From NCBI GenBank assembly GCA_019135865.1, contig JAGVVD010000038.1:364-64363 (forward strand): a stretch of 64,000 nt of DNA, read 5' to 3'. A program made the translations under genes and the position numbers. Shown in pieces: positions 1-8,149 of this stretch. The first letter of the stretch is position 1. Each line of letters begins with the position of its first letter. The stretch comes from Elusimicrobiota bacterium (lineage in GTDB: Bacteria; Elusimicrobiota; Elusimicrobia; Elusimicrobiales; UBA9959). Under the pieces are notes generated by a model that was given only the letters and a program-made list of their open reading frames with translations, searched no databases and was not told the DNA's origin.

Positions 1-109
1 TATAAGGGTTCTAAAAGTTTGCGCCAAGGGCGGTGTAAATGGGGGGGGGATAGTATATGGCGGTCTCAAGAATCTAACGCAACACTGTAAATCTTTTGCA
101 TCCCTTGGA

Positions 110-141
110 GACTTCGCTTAAAACCTAACAGACACTTTCCC
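110..141. repeat. IS3-family left inverted repeat (core)
   Basis: gacttcg(110-116) and agacactttccc(130-141) reappear inverted at 1587-1595 and 1564-1575. Confidence 0.7.
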
Positions 142-189
142 AGGCTGACCTCCCGGTTGGAAAAGCTATAAAATAGCCAAGGAGGCAGT

Positions 190-582
190 ATGGAAAGCAC
201 GTCACAGCACACCGCGGTAGCCGTAAGCGCCCAGGCGTTCATGGGGAAGGTCAGGCGCTATACCCGCCGCAAGTACAGCGCCGAAGATAAAATCAGAATA
301 GTCCTGGAAGGCATGAAGCGGGAGATCTCCGTAATGGATCTCTGCCGCAAGGAAGGCATTTCCCCGGCGATCTATTACAACTGGGTGAAAGACTTCATGG
401 AAGGCGGCAAAGCCCGCCTGATGGGCGACAGCCGGCGGCAGGCGACGGACGGCGAGGTTAAAAGCCTACGCCGCGAGAACGAAAAGCTGAAGGTCCTTCT
501 GGCCGAGCAGGTCCTGGAAGTGTCCGCTTTAAAAAAAGTCTGCAAGGCTCGGACGATACTGGCATTACCGGATGACCGATGA
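190..582 (+). CDS. IS3-family transposase OrfA (HTH, leucine-zipper-like C-terminus)
   Basis: Translation has YSAEDKIRIVLEG...DLCRKEGISPAIYYNW plus an ENEKLKVLLAE zipper, typical of IS3/IS911 OrfA. Confidence 0.9.
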   Translation: MESTSQHTAVAVSAQAFMGKVRRYTRRKYSAEDKIRIVLEGMKREISVMDLCRKEGISPAIYYNWVKDFMEGGKARLMGDSRRQATDGEVKSLRRENEKLKVLLAEQVLEVSALKKVCKARTILALPDDR

Positions 583-1546
583 GGAGCGACGCGAACTTGT
601 GGGGATGCTAGAGGGTAAACGCGGCAAACGGGCCATTCTCAAAGGGCTCGGCATACCTGAAAGCACGTATTACAGCTGGCGGCAGGGGTATCTAGGCATG
701 GACACGGGGAAGCAGAAGCCGGTGGCCCGGCGCATCTGGAACCGCCTTACAGCGGAGGAAGAGGCCGTGGTGACGACCACGGCCAAAGCGCATCCCGAGC
801 TGTCGCCGAGGCTGCTGGCGGTGAAGATAACTGACGAGAGCGACTTCTACGTATCCGAGTCGAAGGTGTACGGGCTGCTGAAAGAGAAGGGACTGATAGC
901 GCCGCGGCCGCTGGCAGAGCTGCCGGCGGCCAAGGAATGGCGCCACAAGACGAGCCGTCCTAACGAGCTGTGGCAGATAGACGGGACGAACTTCTTTGTG
1001 GTGAACTGGGGCTACTACAAGCTGCTGCCGGTGCTGGACGATTATTCGCGCAAGATAGTCGGCTGGGAGCTGGCCCCCGACGAGACCGGCAATTCGGCCT
1101 CGCAGGCGCTGGAGGCCGCAATCGAGAACGCCGGGATAAAGGCGCTGCCGAAAGAATCCCGCCCGACGCTGTTGTCGGATAACGGGGCTGGATTCGTATC
1201 CGAGGTGCTGGCAAAATACCTGGGCTATCACGGGATAAGGCACATCTTCGGCAAACCCTATCACCCGCAGACGCAGGGCAAGGTGGAGCGGTTCAACCGG
1301 CGGATAAAAGAGGGCGTGTGCCTGCTGGTGTATTGCAGCCCCGGCGAGTTGAAGGCAGCGATAAAAGACGGGGTCGAGCGGTACAACGCCACGCCGCACG
1401 AGGGGCTGAAGAATGTGAGCCCCAATGATGTCTATGCCGGAAAAAAGGAGGAGGTATTAAGGCTGCGGGCGGAAAAGAAGGCCCGGACCCTGGCCAGAAG
1501 AAAAGCGATAAACCTAAAGATGGAAGGAAGTCAGGAAAAGTGCTAG
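572..1546 (+). CDS. IS3-family transposase OrfB (integrase core, DDE)
   Basis: WQIDGT...LLSDNGAGF...YHPQTQGKVERFNRRIK is an rve-domain signature. Its ATG overlaps the orfA stop (ATGACCGATGA). Confidence 0.9.
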   Translation: MTDEERRELVGMLEGKRGKRAILKGLGIPESTYYSWRQGYLGMDTGKQKPVARRIWNRLTAEEEAVVTTTAKAHPELSPRLLAVKITDESDFYVSESKVYGLLKEKGLIAPRPLAELPAAKEWRHKTSRPNELWQIDGTNFFVVNWGYYKLLPVLDDYSRKIVGWELAPDETGNSASQALEAAIENAGIKALPKESRPTLLSDNGAGFVSEVLAKYLGYHGIRHIFGKPYHPQTQGKVERFNRRIKEGVCLLVYCSPGELKAAIKDGVERYNATPHEGLKNVSPNDVYAGKKEEVLRLRAEKKARTLARRKAINLKMEGSQEKC

Positions 1547-1563
1547 ATTAAGCGGAGGCAGCC

Positions 1564-1595
1564 GGGAAAGTGTCTAATAGTTTTGGGACGAAGTC
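1564..1595. repeat. IS3-family right inverted repeat (core)
   Basis: gggaaagtgtct...gacgaagtc is the reverse complement of the left IR core. Confidence 0.7.
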
Positions 1596-2133
1596 TACGA
1601 AAAGGTCAAAAGACATACACTCGATACGATATATGTTCGGAGGGAAGACGAGCGCGCTCAAGCCGCTGGGTAGGTCGCTCAAGAATTCGCCGATAATCGC
1701 GCGGCCGCCCAGGAACGCGGCCGAGGCGATGGCCGTGACCAAGGCGACGCTTTGCCGCTATAACGCCGTGCGGAAAACCAGGAACGGCCCCGCTTTTTAT
1801 AAGGAACAGAAACAGTATCTGGATATGGTACGGAACGGTCAGGTCAGGTCCGTGCTTCTTTTCAAGAACGGCCGGAATGTTGGTATCGCCTCGCTGGCGG
1901 ATATTCCCAGGCCTGAAGCCAGGAAGAGCAGCACCTTCACCTGGTCATGGATAGATAAGCGTCTCCCGAAGGCGGAGTGCGAAGACGCCAGGTACAAGAT
2001 CACCAGGTGGGTGAAGGACAACGCCCAGCCCCATATGGCCTCCGCTAATTTTGACTATAACAAGGAGTCACAGAAGGATGAATCGCGCTTTGGGCTCAAG
2101 CCGTACAGGATCTTTTTCACCCGGAAAAAATAG
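1570..2133 (+). CDS. hypothetical protein; start uncertain because the 5' end of the ORF lies inside the IS right end (possibly a gene truncated by the IS)
   Basis: ORF only. The first roughly 15 codons overlap the IS right IR. The C-terminus FGLKPYRIFFTRKK resembles an acetyltransferase-like end, but no clear motif is present. Confidence 0.35.
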   Translation: MSNSFGTKSTKRSKDIHSIRYMFGGKTSALKPLGRSLKNSPIIARPPRNAAEAMAVTKATLCRYNAVRKTRNGPAFYKEQKQYLDMVRNGQVRSVLLFKNGRNVGIASLADIPRPEARKSSTFTWSWIDKRLPKAECEDARYKITRWVKDNAQPHMASANFDYNKESQKDESRFGLKPYRIFFTRKK

Positions 2134-2145
2134 CCGGCGGGATTT

Positions 2146-2727
2146 ATGAACACTAGCGGGATCTGTGTCTACCACATTAAACAAGCGGACTTTAAGGGTA
2201 CGCGACTTTATCCGCTGAATCGCCTGAAAACGGTGTATCCGGATGTTTATGCCAGGTATATGAAGAAGTATGAGGGCCGCGAATGGATGACGCGGGCCGT
2301 GATAGAGTATTTCGGCTGTCTTTGGAACGATGTCCTGCATTTTTCGCTGATGCATCCGTCCCTGATATACAAGTCTTTGTCGGAAACGGGTTTCGAGCAT
2401 CATAAAGTGAGCCGGGAGTGGTTTGAGGTCCCTCTTTCGCACGTTCTTTCCGCCGACGCCGTGCTTTATCGGAACGAAGAAGAGGGCGATAGGGACGGGA
2501 AAGTGCGGGAATTTCGGAGGGATGAGTTCGAGCCTATCGTCCCGGCGCGTGTCAAAGAGCTTTCGGGGATGCCCGAGCGCAACTTGCGCTATTATCGCCG
2601 CAGTTTCGAAAAGAACCGGCCTCCTGTCATGTGGGGATATGCCCCGCACCTGCTTTATAAAGGGGAGCTCGATGTGAGTTCTTACAAGGTGTTCGACTGG
2701 AAGGCCGACGCGCCAGGTGTTCGTTAG
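2146..2727 (+). CDS. conserved hypothetical protein (unknown function)
   Basis: 193-aa ORF with normal composition, 13 nt after the previous ORF. The YPLNRLK...YEGRE...CLWNDVLHFS segment resembles uncharacterised proteins I recall from Firmicutes. This is unverified. Confidence 0.6.
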   Translation: MNTSGICVYHIKQADFKGTRLYPLNRLKTVYPDVYARYMKKYEGREWMTRAVIEYFGCLWNDVLHFSLMHPSLIYKSLSETGFEHHKVSREWFEVPLSHVLSADAVLYRNEEEGDRDGKVREFRRDEFEPIVPARVKELSGMPERNLRYYRRSFEKNRPPVMWGYAPHLLYKGELDVSSYKVFDWKADAPGVR

Positions 2728-2765
2728 TTTTGAATCCCGCGTAAATCCTGTGGAACCGGAGCTAT

Positions 2766-3368
2766 ATGAAAACGAAAGAGATGAACGTTGACGCGTTGCG
2801 GCGGGAATATTTCCCGCTGAAGGTGAAGGGCGGGTTCACGGTCAGGCCGGCGACGAGAAAAGAGGTCATGGACTTGGTGGCCGAAAAATACTCGCTCGTT
2901 TTCCCCGACCGGGGCGAGACGCCGTGTTTCCGTCTCACGCCCGAGCGCAGGAAAAAAGCGGAGAAGTTTTGGGAGAATTACCACGTTCTCCATCATGAAT
3001 ACTTCCTGTTCCTCGACCCAAAGGGAAAGCCCGTCGGCTGGCATATGGGCGAGGCGGAGGATTTTCAGACCTTCTATATGCGCAATACCGGCATACTGCC
3101 GGAATACCAGGACCGCGGGATATACAGCGCTTTCCTGAAGGCTTTCGTCGCCTATCTGGGGGAGCTGGGTTATGAGCGCATTTCCAGCCAGCATAAGCCA
3201 ACGAACAAGTCGATACTGATCCTTAAGCTGAAGCAGGGCTTCGTCATCGGCGGACTGGAGATGACCGAGACCTGGGGCTCGCTGGTCAAGATGGTTAAGC
3301 TTATCCCCGGCGACCGGCGCGAGTCCTTCTACCGCCAGTTCGGCGATATGGTCCACCTGGAGGAATAG
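2766..3368 (+). CDS. GNAT family N-acetyltransferase
   Basis: Acetyl-CoA motif A-like ILPEYQDRGIYSAFLKAFVAYL. SD ggag sits 5 nt upstream of the ATG. Confidence 0.8.
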   Translation: MKTKEMNVDALRREYFPLKVKGGFTVRPATRKEVMDLVAEKYSLVFPDRGETPCFRLTPERRKKAEKFWENYHVLHHEYFLFLDPKGKPVGWHMGEAEDFQTFYMRNTGILPEYQDRGIYSAFLKAFVAYLGELGYERISSQHKPTNKSILILKLKQGFVIGGLEMTETWGSLVKMVKLIPGDRRESFYRQFGDMVHLEE

Positions 3369-3375
3369 CCGCGAG

Positions 3376-4770
3376 GTGGCGGTGTCCGTGAATATGGAGA
3401 AAAGCGACAAGGCGGCTCCTGCTGCGCCTAAAAAACTTTCGTTCAGGGTTCCGTCGCTGGCCTCGGTGGATCGGAAGATGCTGGCGCTGATAAAGCGGCC
3501 GGAGGGCGTCAGGACGCTGACTTTCTATCCGCGCAGGCAGGTGGACGGCCTTTACGCCTTGCTGCAGAAGAATATTCCGGTAGAGTATGAGGCGTCCCTT
3601 GGGTATATCGCTAAAAGGGCTGACATAAGAGTACCGGTGCCGCCTTCCGGCTGCGCCGCTATCAGGGGCAGGTCTTTCAGGGGCTTCAAGGAATTGATAA
3701 GCGCTTATGCCGCGACAACCCGGCCTCTGATACGGATGTATTTTCCAAAAGAAAAATGGGGAATCCGCATGGCCTCGGGCAAGAAGTTTTATAGCGGGAT
3801 GCCTCTCGATATGGCGCTCCGTATAGTTAAGGGCCGTAGTCTCACCGGGCTCATGCTGCTTAAGGATTATGAGTACAGGGGTGAGCCCGTCAGGATCATA
3901 GGCTGGGTGTGGATACGCAAGACGCTTAATATCCGTGAAAGACGCCGTGTGCAGTATCTGATGTTGTCGTGGCTAAAGCGCAAAACCAAAACTTCTGTTA
4001 TTGCGGCGGTAGATGATTTTAACCCCGTATCCCAGGGCTTTTTCCGGAAATCTGGTTTTGTCGTTGATAGATTAAGTCTGTCCAAGCCTCGTGAGACACT
4101 GCGCGAAGCTCCGGGGATAATGCCCTCGCTGGCCTGGGCGGAGAGCTATAAGAAAATATGGGAGGCGGTCGAGGACGCGGAATACGGGCGGGCTATGTCG
4201 CTTCTTACGCCCTTGTACAGGAAATATCCGCGGGATTTTAAGGTCGCCAAAACTTACGCTATGGTGCTGGGCGATTATGCCGAGAGCCTGGGCGGGGCGC
4301 GCGGCAAGGCGCTTAAGGCGCGCAGCCGCGTCATACTGCGCGGGCTGCTTCGCAAACTGGGTAATATTAGGTGGGAGTGGAATATCGCGGCACGCAATGA
4401 ATACTACTACCATACCGGCCAGTTCAGGAAACAGTATTTCCTTGGACGGGAAGCCGCGGCCGGCGGGCATGCCTGGGGACACTACGGGCAGGGAGTGGGC
4501 GCTGCCAACTACGCCTACGCGCACGCCGCCGCCGGGCGCCGCGGCCTCGCCGGGATGTGGGCTCGCCGGGCCGTGAAGGCCTGGGAGGATTTCTTTAAGT
4601 ACAAGGCCGATTATTATAACGCCTATGTACATTACGCGCTGGCGCTGGGCATACTGGGGCGTACTGGCGACATGGATTCCGCACTGAAAAAAAGCGCCCG
4701 GCTCAGCGGCAAGGCGGATTCCTACCGCGAATTCGCCGAAGTCCGCGCGAAAATATCGGGACTCGGCTGA
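3376..4770 (+). CDS. hypothetical protein, GNAT-like N-terminal half plus TPR-like helical C-terminal half
   Basis: 464-aa ORF with GTG start (alternative ATG at 3394). N-half has IAAVDDFNPVSQGFFRKSGF. C-half has helical repeats (YGRAMSLLTPLYRKYP...). Confidence 0.6.
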   Translation: MAVSVNMEKSDKAAPAAPKKLSFRVPSLASVDRKMLALIKRPEGVRTLTFYPRRQVDGLYALLQKNIPVEYEASLGYIAKRADIRVPVPPSGCAAIRGRSFRGFKELISAYAATTRPLIRMYFPKEKWGIRMASGKKFYSGMPLDMALRIVKGRSLTGLMLLKDYEYRGEPVRIIGWVWIRKTLNIRERRRVQYLMLSWLKRKTKTSVIAAVDDFNPVSQGFFRKSGFVVDRLSLSKPRETLREAPGIMPSLAWAESYKKIWEAVEDAEYGRAMSLLTPLYRKYPRDFKVAKTYAMVLGDYAESLGGARGKALKARSRVILRGLLRKLGNIRWEWNIAARNEYYYHTGQFRKQYFLGREAAAGGHAWGHYGQGVGAANYAYAHAAAGRRGLAGMWARRAVKAWEDFFKYKADYYNAYVHYALALGILGRTGDMDSALKKSARLSGKADSYREFAEVRAKISGLG

Positions 4771-4804
4771 CTGAAGGGGTCAGGTCTTTACTTTTGACCT
4801 TCTG

Positions 4805-4834
4805 GCCGCCGGGGAAGCCCGGCGGTCTTGTTTT
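4805..4834 (+). terminator. rho-independent terminator
   Basis: gccgccggg-gaag-cccggcggt hairpin followed by cttgtttt. Confidence 0.6.
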
Positions 4835-4894
4835 GGGGTGCGACACACCGTTGTCGCGCGCGTCCTCTACGCTATAACAGGCGTGGGCGGGGCA

Positions 4895-4946
4895 TTGACT
4901 ATACAACAATTTTGATGTAAACTGTTAAGACAACAAAATTGTTGTA
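4895..4946 (+). promoter_or_regulatory. sigma70-like promoter with overlapping inverted-repeat operator for the TA pair
   Basis: TTGACT(4895-4900), 17-nt spacer, TAAACT(4918-4923). A perfect 13-bp inverted repeat tacaacaattttg(4902-4914)/caaaattgttgta(4934-4946) straddles the -10. Confidence 0.6.
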
Positions 4947-4976
4947 AATCGTGCGGTGCCCCGGGGAGCCGCCGCG

Positions 4977-5306
4977 ATGTTCAATGTGATCTATTACGTG
5001 TCGCCCCGGGGGGAGAACTTCGTCCGGGATTTTATCCTGTCCCTGCCGGAAAAAGTAGGGAGCAAGGTCGCGGAGCACATAAAGTATCTCTCCCTGACCG
5101 GCCCGCTGGCCAAGCCGCGCTACGCCTGTTATCTGGGCGACAAGATATTCGAGCTGCGCGTCTCATTCGCGCATTACGAGCCGCGGATACTATACTTCTT
5201 TCACTCGCGCGGCATCGTGCTGACGCACGGGTTTCTGAAAAAGGCCCGGGCGGTGCCTCCGGAAGAAATAGAGAGGGCTAAACGGATAAAAGACGGGTTC
5301 CAATAG
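4977..5306 (+). CDS. type II toxin, HigB/RelE-like (phage Gp49-like family)
   Basis: MFNVIYY...GENFVRDFILSLP...IFELRV...RILYFF...IVLTHGFLKK. ATG 4977 has SD ggggag. The track start 4956 is a GTG alternative. Confidence 0.8.
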   Translation: MFNVIYYVSPRGENFVRDFILSLPEKVGSKVAEHIKYLSLTGPLAKPRYACYLGDKIFELRVSFAHYEPRILYFFHSRGIVLTHGFLKKARAVPPEEIERAKRIKDGFQ

Positions 5307-5307
5307 T

Positions 5308-5607
5308 GTGGAGAGACGATATATGAAGAAAAAGGATTATACCCACGAGGATTTCGAGAAAGAATTCCTGAAGACCCCCGCGATGCGGCGGGAATACGAA
5401 CGCGGGGTGGCCGGGCTGTTGATCGCCCACAAGATAGCCGACCTGCGCGAGCGCCATCACATGACCCAGGCCGAGCTGGCGCGCCGTCTGCACACCCGGC
5501 AACAGGTCGTTTCCCGTATTGAGCAGGACAAGTACCGGCCTTCGCTGACCACCCTGGAGAAGATCGCCCGCGTCTTCGGCAAGCGCCTGGAGATAAACTT
5601 CGTCTGA
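5308..5607 (+). CDS. XRE-family HTH antitoxin (HigA-like)
   Basis: HMTQAELARRLHTRQQVVSRIEQ helix-turn-helix, 1 nt after the toxin stop. The likely real start is ATG 5323 (SD ggagag). Confidence 0.85.
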   Translation: MERRYMKKKDYTHEDFEKEFLKTPAMRREYERGVAGLLIAHKIADLRERHHMTQAELARRLHTRQQVVSRIEQDKYRPSLTTLEKIARVFGKRLEINFV

Positions 5608-5775
5608 TCATCCCGCGATGATGACGCGGATGTGTACCCCGATGTAGTAAGGCCAGAGCAGGAGGGCCATCACGCCCTTCCAGAAACTGAGCTGCAGGAA
5701 CCCGATGGTGAACAGCCAGCCCGACAGCCAGGAGAACCCGGTGAAGGCCTGGTTTTCGATCTTTATTTTTTGCAT
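5608..5775 (-). CDS. small membrane protein, 55 aa (below the ORF-track cutoff)
   Basis: Hand translation gives MQKIKIENQAFTGFSWLSGWLFTIGFLQLSFWKGVMALLLWPYYIGVHIRVIIAG. It has two hydrophobic segments and is convergent with higA. Confidence 0.4.
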   Translation of the reverse strand: MQKIKIENQAFTGFSWLSGWLFTIGFLQLSFWKGVMALLLWPYYIGVHIRVIIAG

Positions 5776-5830
5776 GCGGAAATAATACTACAGTGTCCGC
5801 CCCAAAACAAACTCCGGCGGTTTTCTTTTG

Positions 5831-5836
5831 TAGAAT
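5831..5836 (+). promoter_or_regulatory. -10 box TAGAAT exactly 6 nt upstream of ATG 5843 (leaderless geometry)
   Basis: ttttcttttgTAGAATttagtcATG with no SD. Confidence 0.5.
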
Positions 5837-5842
5837 TTAGTC

Positions 5843-6496
5843 ATGCCGGGGGATATCTGCGGGAAATACGAGAGGATAGCCGGGTGGTTCGACGCCAACC
5901 GCGGCAGGCAGTTGATGGAGCGCGAATACCTGGAGGCCATGACCTCCCGGCTGCCGGAGGGCGGCAGCGTGCTGGACCTGGGCTGCGGTTCGGGCGAGCC
6001 GCTGGCGGGCTTCTTCATCCGCAAGGGTTTCAAGGTGACCGGCATGGACGGCTCGCCGGCCATGATAGCGCTGTGCCGCGAACGCTTCCCGTCCATGGAA
6101 TGGCTGGTCGGCGATATGCGCGGCCTGGCGCTGGGGCGCCGTTTCGACGCGGTGCTGGCCTGGGACAGTTTCTTCCACCTCTCGATGGACGAGCAACGCG
6201 CCATGTTCCCGGTCTTCGGCGCTCATCTTAAGCCCGGAGGCTGCCTGCTCTTCACCTCGGGCCCTTCGGCCGGCGATATTACCGGCGACATACAGGGAGA
6301 GGAATTCCCTTATTCCAGCCTGGACGCCGAGGAGTACCGCCGTCTGCTGGCGGAGCAGGGTTTGAGCGTGTTGCTGCACAGGACGGAGGACCCGGATTGC
6401 GGTAAGCACACCGTCTGGCTGGCCGCCGGGAAAACGGGACCGGCATTAAAATTGCTTCGTGTTTTTTGCGGGATATTTCAGTCGGTCGGAGGATGA
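5843..6496 (+). CDS. class I SAM-dependent methyltransferase
   Basis: Motif I VLDLGCGSGEP, followed by VTGMDGSPAMI and DAVLAWDSFFHL. Confidence 0.85.
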   Translation: MPGDICGKYERIAGWFDANRGRQLMEREYLEAMTSRLPEGGSVLDLGCGSGEPLAGFFIRKGFKVTGMDGSPAMIALCRERFPSMEWLVGDMRGLALGRRFDAVLAWDSFFHLSMDEQRAMFPVFGAHLKPGGCLLFTSGPSAGDITGDIQGEEFPYSSLDAEEYRRLLAEQGLSVLLHRTEDPDCGKHTVWLAAGKTGPALKLLRVFCGIFQSVGG

Positions 6497-6718
6497 ATGG
6501 ACGTCGGAAATGTGGGCGTTTCGGGTATATGGGTGCTGGCGAATATAAGTTACGCGGGAATGCGCGCGCAGAACAATCCTGACGTTCTCTGGCGCATCCT
6601 TTCCTTCATTTTTGGCCTGCCGGGCACCATAGTCACGTTGCTGGCGGTCCGTGAAGGCTCCATGCGCGCCTACGGCGTCAACCTGGGCTTCACTTCGCAG
6701 AAGGATAACCAGCAATGA
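6497..6718 (+). CDS. small membrane protein
   Basis: 73 aa with two hydrophobic helices. The ATG directly follows the methyltransferase stop, with a ggagg SD. Confidence 0.5.
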   Translation: MDVGNVGVSGIWVLANISYAGMRAQNNPDVLWRILSFIFGLPGTIVTLLAVREGSMRAYGVNLGFTSQKDNQQ

Positions 6719-7443
6719 TACTTGAAGCGTGGAAAGGGGCGCTCGGTCTAATAGCCAGGTCCAGGGGCGAGGCGCTCTCCTATGTCGCAGCTACTGTATT
6801 CGGCGGATGGTTCTATATACTGGTCTGCGGCGCCCTGGGGGTGGCCGAGCCTTATTCGGTGAACCAGGCGGTGAAAGCGGCGCCCGGACTGACGCTGATC
6901 GCCTACCTGCCGGGAATGCTGGTAGGGGCCTGGTTCGGCGCCGGCCTGGCCGGGCGCATGATAATGCACGCGCTTGGCGGTTCGGCGGAGCGTATGACCT
7001 TCTATGTGGGCAAATGGTTCGGCCGCAAGCTGCGCTGGGACCTGTTTTTCATGCTGGTCATGTTCCTGCCGGTGCCCGTGCTGGTAATGGTGCCGGCCGG
7101 ATTGTTGTTCGCCATACCCTGGATGCTGGCCGCGCTGTGGCTGGGGGTGAGGTTCGCGCTCTGGCTCAATATCAGCGTGGAGGGGGACCTGCCTCTCATT
7201 GAATCGCTCAAACGCAGTTTCACGGTCACCGAAGGCAGGTTCTTCCAACTGTTGTTCATAACCGCGCTTCCAATGGGGGCGCTGCGGTCGCTGCATTGGC
7301 TGGTGTCGAAGGCCGCGCCGGGAGAAGTCGTCCTGTTCTACCTCAAGTTCCTGTTCGATGGGATGGGCTACGCGCTTGTTCTTGGGGCGCTGGCGTTTTT
7401 CTACGCACGGCTATCCAGTCCTGCGGAGGGGACGGCTTCTTGA
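6715..7443 (+). CDS. polytopic membrane protein, unknown function
   Basis: 242 aa with several TM segments. Its start overlaps the previous stop (ATGA). Confidence 0.6.
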   Translation: MILEAWKGALGLIARSRGEALSYVAATVFGGWFYILVCGALGVAEPYSVNQAVKAAPGLTLIAYLPGMLVGAWFGAGLAGRMIMHALGGSAERMTFYVGKWFGRKLRWDLFFMLVMFLPVPVLVMVPAGLLFAIPWMLAALWLGVRFALWLNISVEGDLPLIESLKRSFTVTEGRFFQLLFITALPMGALRSLHWLVSKAAPGEVVLFYLKFLFDGMGYALVLGALAFFYARLSSPAEGTAS

Positions 7444-7483
7444 ACGCGATAAGTCGATCACGGGAAACGCGTCAGGAGGAGAA

Positions 7484-7576
7484 ATGCAAAAGGCGAAATT
7501 TGTTCAGAATGAAAATGGTCTGTCTTTTTACAGGGCCTGCCGCGGCGGTTCTGTTCCCGGTAAACCGCGGTATTAA
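7484..7576 (+). CDS. candidate 30-aa small ORF
   Basis: aggaggagaaATG is a strong SD. Translation is MQKAKFVQNENGLSFYRACRGGSVPGKPRY. There is no other support. Confidence 0.25.
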   Translation: MQKAKFVQNENGLSFYRACRGGSVPGKPRY

Positions 7577-7587
7577 GGAACACCATA

Positions 7588-8034
7588 GTGAATATCTATC
7601 TGATAGTCCTTAGGACGGTCGTAGTTCTCACCGGTATCGGCGTCCTCGCCTTCATGCTCTGGCTGCCGCCGCATGAAGGACGGAACGCGGGCGCGACGCT
7701 GGTCGAGATATATTTCAAGGACCCGTTCCTGGCTTATGTATATATCGGTTCGATACCGTTCTTCGCGGCGCTGTACCAGGCGTTCAAGCTGCTGGGGTAT
7801 ATCGGGCGCGATGATACGCGCTCGCCGGCCGCCGCGAAGGCCCTGCGGACCATCAAGTACTGCGCGCTGGCCAACGCGGGCCTGATCGCGGGGGCGGTAG
7901 TCTATATATTCATGACCGCGGGCGCTAATGACGATCCCGTCGGCTTCGTCATCCCCGGTGTTCTCGCCGTTTTCGCCTCCCTGGCCGCGGCCGCCGCCGC
8001 TGCCGTATTCGAAAAAAAGCGGACCGGGACCTAA
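7588..8034 (+). CDS. 4-TM membrane protein, DUF2975-like
   Basis: GTG start with aaggaa SD. Topology and the YQAFKLLGYI segment resemble DUF2975. This is from memory and unverified. Confidence 0.55.
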   Translation: MNIYLIVLRTVVVLTGIGVLAFMLWLPPHEGRNAGATLVEIYFKDPFLAYVYIGSIPFFAALYQAFKLLGYIGRDDTRSPAAAKALRTIKYCALANAGLIAGAVVYIFMTAGANDDPVGFVIPGVLAVFASLAAAAAAAVFEKKRTGT

Positions 8035-8149
8035 GGGCCTATTCCGGGGGCGCTATTTTCCGGCTTAAAACCGGGACTTTCCGCTCTTTTGTTCGATGCC
8101 GGTCCGGGCTACAATATCCTATCCGTAAATCCAGGATAGGGGTGTGTTG

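Larger units (their letters stand above)
92..1614 (+). mobile_element. IS3-family insertion sequence (orfA+orfB with imperfect terminal inverted repeats); ends approximate
   Basis: HTH orfA and rve/DDE orfB lie between imperfect IRs. 110-141 (gacttcg...agacactttccc) matches the reverse complement of 1564-1595. An extra tcttttg match occurs at 92-98 vs 1607-1613. Confidence 0.8.

Noticed and set aside
531-537. A7 run (tttAAAAAAAg) inside IS3 orfA that looks like the classic A-AAA-AAG -1 frameshift site
   Set aside because: In the orfA frame the codons are tta-aaa-aaa-gtc, so a -1 slip would enter the frame with codon starts congruent to 0 mod 3. orfB (572) is in the frame congruent to 2 mod 3, which is +1 relative to orfA. 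orfB also has its own ATG overlapping the orfA stop. Programmed -1 frameshifting at this site is therefore not supported. A +1 event cannot be excluded.
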